DNA from: an uncultured Solirubrobacteraceae bacterium
Lineage (GTDB): Bacteria; Actinomycetota; Thermoleophilia; Solirubrobacterales; Solirubrobacteraceae
Direction: 5' to 3'
Length of the DNA: 64,000 bases
NCBI GenBank assembly: GCA_963753235.1
Contig: CAVWBJ010000001.1
Coordinates: 499,917 to 563,916 of the forward strand
A program made the translations under genes and the position numbers. Every line of letters begins with the position of its first letter. Within the stretch, counting starts at the first letter, position 1. The notes beneath the pieces were generated by a model that was not told the DNA's origin, did no database searches, and saw only the letters and a program-made list of their open reading frames with translations. Below are positions 1-9,404 of this stretch, in pieces.

Positions 1-136
1 CTCGGGCTCGACGCCACGGCCTGACCGCCCCCGCCGTCGCCGACCGCACCCACCGCTGCTCGTCACCTCCACCGCCGGGTGGGCGGGGCGTTGCCGTGAC
101 GGTGGCGCGACGCGGCAGCCACTACGCTCGCCCACG

Positions 137-1621
137 GTGACCAATCCGATGACCGTGCGCGCAACCTGGTGGTGGTCGTCGCTGGGCCTGCTCGGCTCGC
201 TGCTCACGGCCTATGCCGCGCCCCGGGCCGTTCCGGATCCGGTTGTCCACTGGTGGTATGTCCCAGCCGGGCCCGCAGGCCGCGCGGCCAGCCTGGCGCT
301 TGTGTACGCCGGGATGGCCCTGCTGGCCGGGGCCTGGCTCGGCCTGGGCCGCGCCCTCCCCGGCCGCGGCCCCCTGCTGGCGATCGGGGCCGCCTGGACG
401 ATCCCGCTGCTGCTGGCGCCGCCGTTGTTCAGCCGCGACGTCTACAGCTACCTGGCCCAGGGGACGATCCTCCACCTCGGCCACAGCCCGTACCGCACCG
501 CCCCCCAGGCGCTGGCCGGCCTCGGGCACCCCCACGTGCTGGCCGCCGTCTCTCCGTTCTGGCGCGGGACGACCGCCCCGTACGGACCGCTGTTCCTGGG
601 GCTGGTCAGCGTGATCGTGGGGTTGGTGGGCTCCCATCTGGTGGCGGGCGTCATCCTCATCCGGCTGGTGGAGTGCAGCGGCCTGGTGCTGCTGGCGGTA
701 TTCGTTCCCCGGCTGGCCCATCAGCTCGGGACCGACACGCCGCGGGCGCTGTGGCTGGCTCTGCTCAGCCCCGTGGTCCTGCTGGAGCTGATGGCGGCCG
801 GCCACAACGACGTGATGATGGCCGGCCTGCTGGTGGCCGGGGCGGCCTGCGCCCTTACCGGGCGGCCGGTTCTGGGCGTGGCCGTGTGCGCGCTGGCGGC
901 GACGATCAAGGTGCCGGCGCTGGCCGGTGTCCTGTTCATCGCTGTCGCCTGGGCCCGGGGCGAGCCGGACGGGGGCGCCCGGTTGAGGCTGCTGGCCCAG
1001 TGCGGGCTGGTGACGGTGGCCGTCCTGGCGCTGGTCACCGCGCTCACCGGAGCCGGTCTGGGCTGGCTGTCCACATCGCTGTTCTCGACCCCGGCCAAGG
1101 TCCGCCTGGCCATCACCCCGGCCACCGCCGTCGGGTACACGGTGGCATCGCTGCTCCGCGACCTGGGGGTGGCCACCACCGGCCGCGGGCTGGAGGGAGC
1201 GCTGGGGCTGGTCGCCTCGGTCCTGACCGCCGCCGCCGGGCTCATCCTGCTGGCCCGCGTCCGGGTGCGCACGGTCGTCCCGTTCCTGGGCGTGTTTCTC
1301 CTGATCGCCGCCGCCGGCGGTCCGGCCGCGTGGCCCTGGTACTTCATCTGGGGTCTGGGCCTGCTGGCGGCGGTGGCGGCAGCCCAGCGCTCCCGCGCGC
1401 TGGCGGTGGCCATCGTGGTGTCGGTGTTCCTGGTCAAGCCCGACGGGATCCTGCTGCTGCCGCGCTCCACCGCGCCGGCGGTCCTGGTGGCGTACCTGGC
1501 GCTGGCGGCGGGGGCCTGGCTGCACCACCGCCGCTCGCGCCCCCGGGGCGACCGGATCCCGCCGTCGTCATCGGCCCGGACCCGCGGGCGCACGCGGCCG
1601 GGGGCCCTGGCGGGCGGCTAG
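137..1621 (+). CDS. Polytopic GT-C membrane glycosyltransferase (GT87/DUF2029-like, polyprenol-phosphate-mannose-dependent mannosyltransferase family)
   Basis: 494-aa ORF with many hydrophobic segments by eye. An early loop reads FSRDVYSYLAQG, resembling the acidic loop motif of mycobacterial MptA/MptB/PimE-type enzymes. The antisense ORF 122..1528 is Arg/Gly/Pro-rich junk. Confidence 0.65.
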   Translation: MTNPMTVRATWWWSSLGLLGSLLTAYAAPRAVPDPVVHWWYVPAGPAGRAASLALVYAGMALLAGAWLGLGRALPGRGPLLAIGAAWTIPLLLAPPLFSRDVYSYLAQGTILHLGHSPYRTAPQALAGLGHPHVLAAVSPFWRGTTAPYGPLFLGLVSVIVGLVGSHLVAGVILIRLVECSGLVLLAVFVPRLAHQLGTDTPRALWLALLSPVVLLELMAAGHNDVMMAGLLVAGAACALTGRPVLGVAVCALAATIKVPALAGVLFIAVAWARGEPDGGARLRLLAQCGLVTVAVLALVTALTGAGLGWLSTSLFSTPAKVRLAITPATAVGYTVASLLRDLGVATTGRGLEGALGLVASVLTAAAGLILLARVRVRTVVPFLGVFLLIAAAGGPAAWPWYFIWGLGLLAAVAAAQRSRALAVAIVVSVFLVKPDGILLLPRSTAPAVLVAYLALAAGAWLHHRRSRPRGDRIPPSSSARTRGRTRPGALAGG

Positions 1622-1630
1622 CGGACGGCC

Positions 1631-3208
1631 ATGGCCACCCCCGTCCAGGAGCGTCGCGGACCGACGGCGGCGGCCGTCGCTCGCCCGTCCCCGCGCACCT
1701 GGCCGGTGATCGCCGGGCCGGCGGCGCTGGCGACCCTCCTCACCTTTGCCGGGATCGGCAGCCGCAGCCTCGGTTTTGACGAGGGTGCGACGGTGGCGAT
1801 CGCCTCGCAGCACGGCTCGGCGCTGTGGGCCGGCATCGCGCACGACGGCGGCAACATGTCCGGCTACTACCTGCTGCTCCACGGGCTGATCGGCGCGTTC
1901 GGCAACGGCCTGGTGGTGCTCCGCCTCGTCTCCGGGCTGGCCGTGGTGGCCACGGTGGCGCTGGTGGCGCTGATCGCCCGCCGACTGTTCGCTCCAGCGG
2001 TGGCGCTTGCCGGTGGCACTCTGGCCGCGGTCAGCCTGCCGCTGATCTACTGGGGTCAGACGGCACGCGCCTACGGGCCGATGGTGGCCTTTGTGTGCGC
2101 CGGCTTCCTCGCCTTGATCGAGATCGCCGACGCCCCGGGGCAGGAGGGGCGCCGCGGCCCCTGGCTGGCCTACGTGACGGCGATGACGCTGGCCATGTAC
2201 TGCAGCTTTGTGGCCGTGCTGGTCCTACCCGCCCAGCTGCTGGTCCTGGTGCATCGCCGGCGCGCCTGGCGGACGTTCGGATCCGCGCTGGCGGTGGTGG
2301 CCCTGCTGTGCGTGCCCCTGGTGGTGCTGGCGGTGCGCCGCGGGTCCGGCCAGCTGTTCTGGGTGCCGCCCCCCAATCGGATGGTCGAGACCCAGGTCCT
2401 GCAGTCGCTGACCTCAGCCGGCCTGACGCCGAGCTTTCGTCACACGGTGACCACCAACCTGCTCCTGTGGGGAACGGTGGCGGCCCTGCTGGCCCTGGTG
2501 GCCGATGCCGTCCGGCGCTGGCGGGGCGGCGAGGATGTGTGGGGCCGGGTCCTGGTGCTGGCCTGGTCGATCCTGCCGGCGGCGATCACGTTTGTCTATT
2601 CGCTCTTGTCCCAGCCGATCTTTGAGCCGCGCAACGTGCTCGTGTCCACGCCGGCCATCTCGCTGGCGCTGGCCACCGCCATCTCCGGGACGCGCCGGGT
2701 CCGGGTGGCCGCCGCCGTCGGCGTGGCCCTGGTCCTGGCGCTGCGGGCGCTTCAGGTGGCGCCGGCCTACGGCGTGTCCCCGGAGCCGTGGTCGGCGGTC
2801 ACCGCCCGGGTGCTGGCCCAGGCCCGGCCGGGTGACTGCATCGCCTTCTATCCGCTGGACAGCCGGATGGCGTTTCAGTACTACGTGGCCCGGACCCCGG
2901 GCGGTCCCCAACGGGCTCCGCGGTCGATCCTGCCGGAGATCTCCTGGCGGCAGGTGAAGTCATACGTCGAGGACTACCGGACGCTGTCCGCCGCCCAGGT
3001 TGCCCGGCGGGTGGTGGCCTGCCGCCGGCTGTGGCTGGTCTCCAGCCACGAGGGCCAGCCGGACGGGCCCGCCCTGGCCCGGGCTCACCGGAACGAATAC
3101 TTCCGCTTTGACGCCACGCTTCAGGCGATGTTCGGACTCAGCCCGGTGCAGAGCGACGGCTACGCCAGCACCATCCACGTCCAGCGGCTGACGATCCGCC
3201 GCAGCTGA
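1631..3208 (+). CDS. GT-C family membrane glycosyltransferase (ArnT/PMT, GT39/GT83-like) with a C-terminal soluble domain
   Basis: 525-aa ORF starting at ATG 1631, 10 nt after the previous stop. The N-terminal two thirds are multi-TM and the last ~130 aa are hydrophilic. The early region GIGSRSLGFDEGATV...GNMSGYYLLLH is typical of the PMT_2/ArnT-like fold. Confidence 0.6.
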   Translation: MATPVQERRGPTAAAVARPSPRTWPVIAGPAALATLLTFAGIGSRSLGFDEGATVAIASQHGSALWAGIAHDGGNMSGYYLLLHGLIGAFGNGLVVLRLVSGLAVVATVALVALIARRLFAPAVALAGGTLAAVSLPLIYWGQTARAYGPMVAFVCAGFLALIEIADAPGQEGRRGPWLAYVTAMTLAMYCSFVAVLVLPAQLLVLVHRRRAWRTFGSALAVVALLCVPLVVLAVRRGSGQLFWVPPPNRMVETQVLQSLTSAGLTPSFRHTVTTNLLLWGTVAALLALVADAVRRWRGGEDVWGRVLVLAWSILPAAITFVYSLLSQPIFEPRNVLVSTPAISLALATAISGTRRVRVAAAVGVALVLALRALQVAPAYGVSPEPWSAVTARVLAQARPGDCIAFYPLDSRMAFQYYVARTPGGPQRAPRSILPEISWRQVKSYVEDYRTLSAAQVARRVVACRRLWLVSSHEGQPDGPALARAHRNEYFRFDATLQAMFGLSPVQSDGYASTIHVQRLTIRRS

Positions 3209-3209
3209 G

Positions 3210-4508
3210 CTACGGCCGCAGCGTCAGGCCGTAGAAGGTGAGCAGGCTGAGGCCCACATACAGCACCCCGCTGGTCCAGACCAGGACCCGGAACCACCGG
3301 CCGCGGGCGTAGGAGGCGACGACCACCAGGGCGGGGAAGGCCGTGATCAGCATCCGCGGGTTGGGCGGCACCTCGGAGGAGGTGAAGGCCAGGAAGCTGA
3401 TGGCCGCCGTCCACACCAGCGCCTCGATCGAGACGTTGCGCCGCCGGAACCAGACCAGCACCAGCATGATGATGAGCAACACCGCGCCGATCAGGCCGAT
3501 GACGTGGTTGAGGTTGATCGTCGGCTGGTTGAAGTGGCTGAACGACACCTCGTCGGCGAGCTTCTGGGTCAGGTGCCACAGGGCCAGCGGGCTGGTGCGC
3601 TCGCTCCATCCGTGGTGCTGGGCGATGTAGGTGGCAAACGGGGTGCCCGTCCAGCGCCACAGAAACAGCATGAACGTGGCGACGCCGGTCACCGACAGCA
3701 GTGGCGCCGCCAGGCTGCGGCGCGCCGACGGGCTGCGCCAGCCCGCGCGCCGGATCTCGGCCAGGGCGGAGATCAGACACACCGGGGCCAGCACCAGGCC
3801 CACCGGCTGCACGGCCGTGCCCACGCCGGCCAGGAGCCCCGCCAGCAGCCACCGCCGCCGCTCCAGGCAGTAGATGCAGCCCGCCGCCAGCGGCAGCAGC
3901 ACTCCCTCGGAGTACACCATCGAGAAGACCACCGCGCCGGGGAAGAGCACAAACAGGATCACCGCCCGCCGGGCGGTCTCCCGGTCAAACCAGCCCTCGG
4001 CCAGGCGGTGCACGAGCACCGTCGTCACCAGCCCGCCGACACCGGAGATGATCGCCCCGGCCAGGGACGCCGCCAGAATCAGGTGGTTGGGCACCACCAG
4101 CAGGACGACGTGCTCCACCGGCCAGATGATCAGCGGGAACAGGGGGAAGAAGCCGAGCGTCGTCTGCGCATAGGAGACGTGGGACGGGTAGCCCTTGTTG
4201 GCGAGCTCCCGGTACCAGAACCCGTCCCAGTTGGACAGCTCGTTCTGGAACGGGGCGTGCCCGAAGCGGCTCTGGATGTAGGCGGCCACCAGCAGGAGGA
4301 TCCGCGCCGCCAGGTAGACGACGGTGATCCACAGCAGCTCCCGGCGGGCGGCGGCCGACAGCCGGGTCCGCACCCGCGTCCGGGCCGTCACCCGGCGGCG
4401 CTGGTCCAGGGCCACAGCGCCGGACGCGGAAACCTCAAGGTCCTCGAACCCGGGCAGGGCGACGCCGTCGTCGCGCAACGGCTCGGTTGCCTCAGATCTT
4501 GTCTCCAC
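3210..4508 (-). CDS. Membrane mannosyltransferase-like protein (PIG-V/GT76-like GT-C)
   Basis: The track ORF 3210..4781 has a Gly/Pro-rich N-terminus that I trimmed to the in-frame GTG at 4508 (VETRSEATEPL...). The segment FQNELSNWDGFWYRELANKGYP resembles the WD..WY..IA..GY signature of PIG-V-type mannosyltransferases. The body is multi-TM. Confidence 0.6.
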   Translation of the reverse strand: METRSEATEPLRDDGVALPGFEDLEVSASGAVALDQRRRVTARTRVRTRLSAAARRELLWITVVYLAARILLLVAAYIQSRFGHAPFQNELSNWDGFWYRELANKGYPSHVSYAQTTLGFFPLFPLIIWPVEHVVLLVVPNHLILAASLAGAIISGVGGLVTTVLVHRLAEGWFDRETARRAVILFVLFPGAVVFSMVYSEGVLLPLAAGCIYCLERRRWLLAGLLAGVGTAVQPVGLVLAPVCLISALAEIRRAGWRSPSARRSLAAPLLSVTGVATFMLFLWRWTGTPFATYIAQHHGWSERTSPLALWHLTQKLADEVSFSHFNQPTINLNHVIGLIGAVLLIIMLVLVWFRRRNVSIEALVWTAAISFLAFTSSEVPPNPRMLITAFPALVVVASYARGRWFRVLVWTSGVLYVGLSLLTFYGLTLRP

Positions 4509-4546
4509 GGCGGGCGAGTTTAGGTAGCAGCGGGTAAGAACGTCGT

Positions 4547-4801
4547 ATGTCACTAACCATGTACCAACCCCACCGGATTGCAAATCGCCGCCGGCGACCC
4601 TTCCTGGAGGTCCCCCAGCCGTCGGAACCGAGCACTCCGGTGGTCCCTGACGCCCCCATCCCCCCAGCCGACCCCGACCCGGGCACCCCGGCCGCCCCGG
4701 AGGAGCCGGCGACGGTCCCGGATCCGGTGGAACCCGCCACCCCGGCGGTCCCGGAGCCCCAGCCTGACCAGAGCCGGTCACCGGAGCCCAGCATCAGCTG
4801 A
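4547..4801 (+). CDS. Small proline/acidic-rich hypothetical protein (84 aa)
   Basis: ATG 4547 follows a short low-GC patch. Third codon positions are strongly G/C. The protein has a basic head (MYQPHRIANRRRRPFLEV) and a Pro/Glu/Asp-rich tail. It overlaps the stop of the convergent hydrolase by 8 nt. Low-complexity sequence in a high-GC genome could be spurious. Confidence 0.3.
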   Translation: MSLTMYQPHRIANRRRRPFLEVPQPSEPSTPVVPDAPIPPADPDPGTPAAPEEPATVPDPVEPATPAVPEPQPDQSRSPEPSIS

Positions 4802-5615
4802 CGATCAACTCCGAGTCCGAGCGCAGCGTGGAGACGATGGCGTCGGCGAGCAGCTGCGGCTCGCGTTGGGGCAGCAGGTGGCCGGCCTCCGGCACCACGA
4901 TGAGCCGTGCGCCCGGGATCTGCCGGGACAGCTCCTGGGCGCTGCGCAGAGGCACGATCCGGTCGCCGGCCCCGGCCACGATGGTGGTGGGGGCGGTGAT
5001 GGACCCCAGCCGGGGCTCCAGTTGTGGCAGTCCCCGCACCAGGGCCCGCTGCTCATTGGCATAGGTTCGCCATGCGCCCGGCCGAAGCCCCGCCTGGCCC
5101 ACGTCGGCGAGATACGAGGCCGGAATGCCGGTGGCAGCGGCGAGGCGGCGGCGCACCGGGGGCAGGGCCAGCATCAGGCCGGCGCCGGCCATCGCCAGGG
5201 CGCCCGCCACCTCGCCGGCGACCGGAGCGGCCAGCCAGCGATCCACCGTGAACAGGGAGGCCTGGTTGGCGGCCGGTGCCGCCAGCACCAGCGCCACCAC
5301 CCGCTCTGGACGGGTCGCCGCCAGCCAGGCCGCGATCGTCCCGCCCAGGCTGTGGCCAACGACCACCGCCCGCCGGACGCCGCGGGCGTCCAGTACGGCC
5401 AGCGCCGCCCGCGCGTTGCCCTCCACGTCCCGGGCGGCGTGAACCCCGTCCCAGCCGGGACGGTCGACGGCGATGGCGCTGACTCGCGCCCCCAGGCGCT
5501 CCACCACCCCGCTCCAATCGACGGCGCCCCCGGGCTGCCCGTGCAGGAGGAGGACGGAGGGCCGCTCGGCGCCGCCCAGGGCCGCCGGCTCAGGCGCCGG
5601 CGCCCGGGGGGCCAC
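4794..5615 (-). CDS. Alpha/beta-fold hydrolase
   Basis: VLLLHGQPGG (oxyanion-hole region), the nucleophile elbow GHSLGG and a C-terminal ..AGHLLPQE.. His are present. The track ORF extends to 5984 but that part overlaps the cupin gene. I trimmed to the in-frame GTG at 5615 (start uncertain). Confidence 0.75.
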   Translation of the reverse strand: MAPRAPAPEPAALGGAERPSVLLLHGQPGGAVDWSGVVERLGARVSAIAVDRPGWDGVHAARDVEGNARAALAVLDARGVRRAVVVGHSLGGTIAAWLAATRPERVVALVLAAPAANQASLFTVDRWLAAPVAGEVAGALAMAGAGLMLALPPVRRRLAAATGIPASYLADVGQAGLRPGAWRTYANEQRALVRGLPQLEPRLGSITAPTTIVAGAGDRIVPLRSAQELSRQIPGARLIVVPEAGHLLPQREPQLLADAIVSTLRSDSELIVS

Positions 5616-6012
5616 CGCGCGGGTTGTCGCCGACGGCCTGACCGTCGCGACCCACGTAGCCGTCCTTGCCGCCGGCCACCACAACGATCGCCTCGCCGGT
5701 GCCGACGTTGCGCATACCGCGGTGGGTGGCGGCGTCGACGCGGGCCAGGCCGCCGGGGCCGAGCACATGCGTCGAACCGTCGCCGAAGCGGAACTCCACC
5801 TCGCCCTGGTGGACGAAGTAGGTCTCCTCCTGCTCGTCGTGATAGTGGACCCCGGTCGCGTAGCCGGGCGGAAGCACGATCGCGTTGATGCCGAACGCGG
5901 TGACCGCCAGCTCCTGGCGGACCTTGCGAAAACCCGGGCCGTCACCCAGCGCCTCCAGGCTCGCCACCGCATACCCGTCTCCATGTGTCACCTCGCCCAT
6001 CAGCGGGTGCAT
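5590..6012 (-). CDS. Cupin domain protein
   Basis: 140 aa with GxHxH.E-type (GVHYHDEQEE) and G..H..N (ATHRGMRNVG) cupin motifs. ATG at 6012. Confidence 0.8.
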   Translation of the reverse strand: MHPLMGEVTHGDGYAVASLEALGDGPGFRKVRQELAVTAFGINAIVLPPGYATGVHYHDEQEETYFVHQGEVEFRFGDGSTHVLGPGGLARVDAATHRGMRNVGTGEAIVVVAGGKDGYVGRDGQAVGDNPRGGPPGAGA

Positions 6013-6073
6013 GGTATCTGTCAGACCCGCTCCCGGCGCGCTGGCAGCGTCAGCGACAGGTCATACTAGGTCT

Positions 6074-6883
6074 GTGACGTCAGCGCTCCTATCCGAGGCG
6101 CTCGCGCCTCTCCGCGCGGATCCGAGCCATGCCGCGGTCATGTTGGACATCGACGGCACGCTGGCGCCGATCGTCGACAACGCGGCCGACGCGCACGTCC
6201 CGGAGTCCACTCGGCAGCTGATGATCGCCGTGGCCCGGGGCTACGGACTGGTCGCCTGCATCAGCGGCCGCCGGGCCTCCGAGGCGCGAGCCATGGTGTC
6301 GATCGGTTCGATCAGCTACGTGGGTTCGCACGGGGTGGAACTGCTGCGCGCCGGCTGGACCGAGGCCGTTCTGGATCCGGATGCCGCCGACTGGGTGCGC
6401 CGCATCCACGAGTTTGGGCGCGAGGCTGATACCGCCGACGCTCGGCGCCGGCGGGTGCGGCTGGAGGACAAGGGCCCGATCGTCGCTTTTCACTGGCGGG
6501 GCGCGCCGGACGAGGAGGCGGCGCGGGCGGCGATCGATGCCATCGCCGAGCGGGCGCAGGCGGCCGGGCTGCGCACGCACTGGGGACGCAAGGTGCTGGA
6601 GGTCCGGCCGCCCATTCGGATCGACAAGGGCGTGGGTATCAACCGCCTGCTCACCGAGGTGGGGCCCGAGATCCGCACCGCGCTCTACATCGGGGATGAC
6701 ACCACCGACCTGGACGCGTTCCGGGTGCTCACCGAGCTGGTCGGGGAGGGACGGCTGGACCGGGCGGTCCGGGTGGGGGTGGAGTCCGACGAGGGCCCGT
6801 CGCAGATCACCGCCGAGGCCGACGTCGTCGTTGACGGGCCGGAGGGCGTCCGGCGGCTGCTGACCCTGCTCGCCGGCGAATGA
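6074..6883 (+). CDS. otsB: Trehalose-6-phosphate phosphatase (HAD-IIB)
   Basis: MLDIDGTLAPIV (DxDGT nucleophile motif), ISGR, and YIGDDTTDLDAF (GDDxTD) are present. Start set at the in-frame GTG 6074, because the track start 5885 overlaps the divergent cupin gene. Confidence 0.8.
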   Translation: MTSALLSEALAPLRADPSHAAVMLDIDGTLAPIVDNAADAHVPESTRQLMIAVARGYGLVACISGRRASEARAMVSIGSISYVGSHGVELLRAGWTEAVLDPDAADWVRRIHEFGREADTADARRRRVRLEDKGPIVAFHWRGAPDEEAARAAIDAIAERAQAAGLRTHWGRKVLEVRPPIRIDKGVGINRLLTEVGPEIRTALYIGDDTTDLDAFRVLTELVGEGRLDRAVRVGVESDEGPSQITAEADVVVDGPEGVRRLLTLLAGE

Positions 6884-6889
6884 CCCCCG

Positions 6890-7441
6890 GTGCGCTTCGC
6901 TGACTTTCTGCGCACCACCGTCCTGATCAGCGCTGCCGCTGCCAGCGCGCTCGCGGCGGTCACGCTGGCCGGGGCAGTGTCCAGTGGGCAGAACCTGGTG
7001 GTGCCGGTGGCCGCTGGGTGGTGGGTGCTGTCCGGTATCGCCGGGCTGTGGCTCGGCCGGCGAGCCGAGACCTCACCGCCGATCGCCGCGCTTCTGGCCA
7101 GCGCCCGCACCCAGTCCTCGCTGCCCGAGGTCAACCCCTCCCTGACCGTGCTCAACCGCCTGTGGCCGCTGCTGCTGTCCACGCTGGGGGCGGGCGCCCT
7201 GGGTGTCATCCTGCCCCAGGTTCCGGCGATCGCCACCGGGTTCGCCGTCATCTGGTCGCTGGCCTGGCGCCGCCAGGCCTCGGCGGTCACCGCCATCGAG
7301 GAGCGGGACGGCGCCCGGTTCTACGTCGAGCGCACGTCGCCGCTGCGGCCGATCCGGCTCGTCCGCACCCCTGGCTTTCGCACCAATCTGCGCGATCTCA
7401 ACGGCGCTTCCGCCAACCGACCGAGCGGTCGCCAGGCCTGA
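6890..7441 (+). CDS. Hypothetical membrane protein
   Basis: 183 aa with about four hydrophobic segments and good GC3. It sits tightly between otsB and the GT4 gene. I recognise no family. Confidence 0.5.
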   Translation: MRFADFLRTTVLISAAAASALAAVTLAGAVSSGQNLVVPVAAGWWVLSGIAGLWLGRRAETSPPIAALLASARTQSSLPEVNPSLTVLNRLWPLLLSTLGAGALGVILPQVPAIATGFAVIWSLAWRRQASAVTAIEERDGARFYVERTSPLRPIRLVRTPGFRTNLRDLNGASANRPSGRQA

Positions 7442-7446
7442 CCGGC

Positions 7447-8433
7447 GTGCCCGCGGCGCCGGTGCTGATCGTGTCCGTGGGGGCGACCGCCGGCTGGCGG
7501 ACGGCTGCCCGTGAGCTCACCGGCGCGTTTGCCCGGGCCGGGACGCCGGTGGTCACCGTCGACACCGGCCCGGTGCCGGAGGTGCGGACGTTCATGCTCA
7601 CCGATTTGGTCCAGGCGCTCGCCGCCCGGCGGGCGGCCGTCCGGGCGATCACGCGGGTGCGGCCCGCCGCCGTCGTGTACTGCTCGCTGACGGCCGCCCT
7701 GCTCTGGCCCCGGCCGGGGGCGATCTGGCTGGACACCGTCGCCGCCGAGAACCGACCTGGGCGCCACGGGATCTGGCAGCGGGCGGTGGAGGGCCGGCGG
7801 CTGGCCGAGGCTCCGCTGCTGCTCACGATGGCACCGGACTCGCTGACCCCCCTCGGCCGGCGCCCGCACGCCGATGCCGTTGAGGTCCCGGTGGCAGTCG
7901 AGCCCTCGGGGCCGCCGGCGCCGGTGCGGGACATCGACGTGCTGGCCTACGCCGCCGATCCGGTCAAGCGCCGGCTGGACCACATCCTGGACGCGTGGCG
8001 CCGGGCCCGGCGGGGCGACGAAACCCTGCTGGTGAGCGGCATCGATCGTCCCGATCCGCCTCCGGGCGTGCGCTACCTCGGCCGGGTGGCGCCCGAGGAG
8101 TACCGGGCGCTGCTCCGGCGCACCCGAGTGTTCCTGGCGGCCCCGGCGCGGGAGGACTTCGGCATCGGCGCGCTGGAGGCGCTGGCCGACGGGGCGATGC
8201 TGGTGACCACCCCCGCGCCGGGGCCATATCCGGCCCTGGCCCTGGCCCGCCGGCTGGACCCGCGCCTGGTGGCCGAGGACCCGGCGCCGGCCCTCCGCGC
8301 GGCACTGGACGCGCCGCTGGCGGACTATGCCGAGCGGGCCGCGGCCCTGGTGGCGCCCTACCGCCGGGAGGCGGTGACGCTAACCATCAGCGAACGCGTG
8401 GTGCCCCGTTTGTTGGCAGGATTGAGCCCGTGA
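7447..8433 (+). CDS. Glycosyltransferase, GT-B fold (GT4-like)
   Basis: The C-terminal half reads RVFLAAPAREDFGIGALEALADGAMLVTT, the E-x7-E-type region of retaining GT4 enzymes. In-frame GTG at 7447 lies just after the previous stop. Confidence 0.65.
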   Translation: MPAAPVLIVSVGATAGWRTAARELTGAFARAGTPVVTVDTGPVPEVRTFMLTDLVQALAARRAAVRAITRVRPAAVVYCSLTAALLWPRPGAIWLDTVAAENRPGRHGIWQRAVEGRRLAEAPLLLTMAPDSLTPLGRRPHADAVEVPVAVEPSGPPAPVRDIDVLAYAADPVKRRLDHILDAWRRARRGDETLLVSGIDRPDPPPGVRYLGRVAPEEYRALLRRTRVFLAAPAREDFGIGALEALADGAMLVTTPAPGPYPALALARRLDPRLVAEDPAPALRAALDAPLADYAERAAALVAPYRREAVTLTISERVVPRLLAGLSP

Positions 8434-9404
8434 GCGCTCTGGCGTACATCCCCAGCCCGGCCACCAACGGGTTCCACATCGGCCCGCTGTTCTTCCACGC
8501 CTACGGGATCGCCTATGTGTTCGCCGTGGCCGCGGCCATCTACGTCTCCCGCTGGGGCTGGCGCCGCGTGGGCGGAGATCCCGACCTCTGCTACGAGATC
8601 GCCATGTGGGCATTTCCGGCCGGCCTGATCGGCGGCCGGATCTACTTCGACATCACCACGCCCAGTCAGATCCCGCCCCACTGGTGGGGGGTGTTCGCCA
8701 TCTGGCAGGGCGGCCTGGGCATCTGGGGCGGGGTGGCGGCCGGGGCCGCGGTCGGGCTGTTCGTGGCCCGCCGGCGGCTGGAGCATGCCGACCTGCTGCG
8801 GCTCATGGACGTGGTGGCGCCCGGCCTGCTGGTGGCCCAGGCCATCGGCCGGATCGGCAACTACTTCAACCAGGAGCTGTTTGGGGCGCCGTCGTCGCTG
8901 CCGTGGGCGCTGAAGATCTCGCTCGCCCATCGGCCGCCTGGCTATCTCCACGTGCCCACCTTTGAGCCCACGTTTCTGTACGAGCTCATCTGGAATCTGG
9001 CGCTGGCCGGCTTTCTCATCTGGCTCGGGCGGCGGCGCCGGATCCGGGCACCGGGACTGTTTGCGCTCTACGTCGCCGGCTACTCCGGCTTCCGGGTGTT
9101 TGAGGAAACCCAGCGCATCGATTACTCCAACTACTTCCTGGGGATGCGCGTGAACTTCTTCATCGCGTCGATCCTGTGCCTGATCGGCCTGCTCTGGTTT
9201 GTCGCCCTCCAGCGCGGCTGGCGCGGCTGGGGGGCGGCGCCGGCCGAGCCGGTGCCTGATGGCGCGCGGGCGGCCGGGCCGACCCGCGGAATCGGGTTTC
9301 CCCGCCCGGCGGCGGCCACGGCCGGGATGACGCCCCGGCCCACCCGCTCCACCGCCGCCAAGCGCCCGCCGCCGCCTCCGCGGCAGCGATCAAAGCGTCG
9401 CTGA
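8430..9404 (+). CDS. lgt: Prolipoprotein diacylglyceryl transferase with a Pro/Ala/Arg-rich C-terminal tail
   Basis: FHAYGIAYVFA, GGRIYF, WQGGLGIWGG, IGRIGNYFNQELFG and PTFLYE are classic Lgt blocks. GTG 8430 overlaps the upstream stop (GTGA). The last ~90 aa are low complexity. Confidence 0.9.
   Translation: MSALAYIPSPATNGFHIGPLFFHAYGIAYVFAVAAAIYVSRWGWRRVGGDPDLCYEIAMWAFPAGLIGGRIYFDITTPSQIPPHWWGVFAIWQGGLGIWGGVAAGAAVGLFVARRRLEHADLLRLMDVVAPGLLVAQAIGRIGNYFNQELFGAPSSLPWALKISLAHRPPGYLHVPTFEPTFLYELIWNLALAGFLIWLGRRRRIRAPGLFALYVAGYSGFRVFEETQRIDYSNYFLGMRVNFFIASILCLIGLLWFVALQRGWRGWGAAPAEPVPDGARAAGPTRGIGFPRPAAATAGMTPRPTRSTAAKRPPPPPRQRSKRR

Noticed and set aside
122-1528. 468-aa minus-strand ORF antisense to the first glycosyltransferase. 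The same applies to similar long antisense ORFs: 35919..37469 (516 aa), 42364..44442 (692 aa), 48444..50627 (727 aa), 50648..52354 (568 aa), 9723..10700, 12370..13314, 13417..14835, 33117..34577 and 58009..59088.
   Set aside because: All are extremely Arg/Gly/Pro/His-rich with no recognisable motifs. They lie opposite genes with clear family signatures, which is the classic stop-codon-poor antisense frame of a high-G+C genome.
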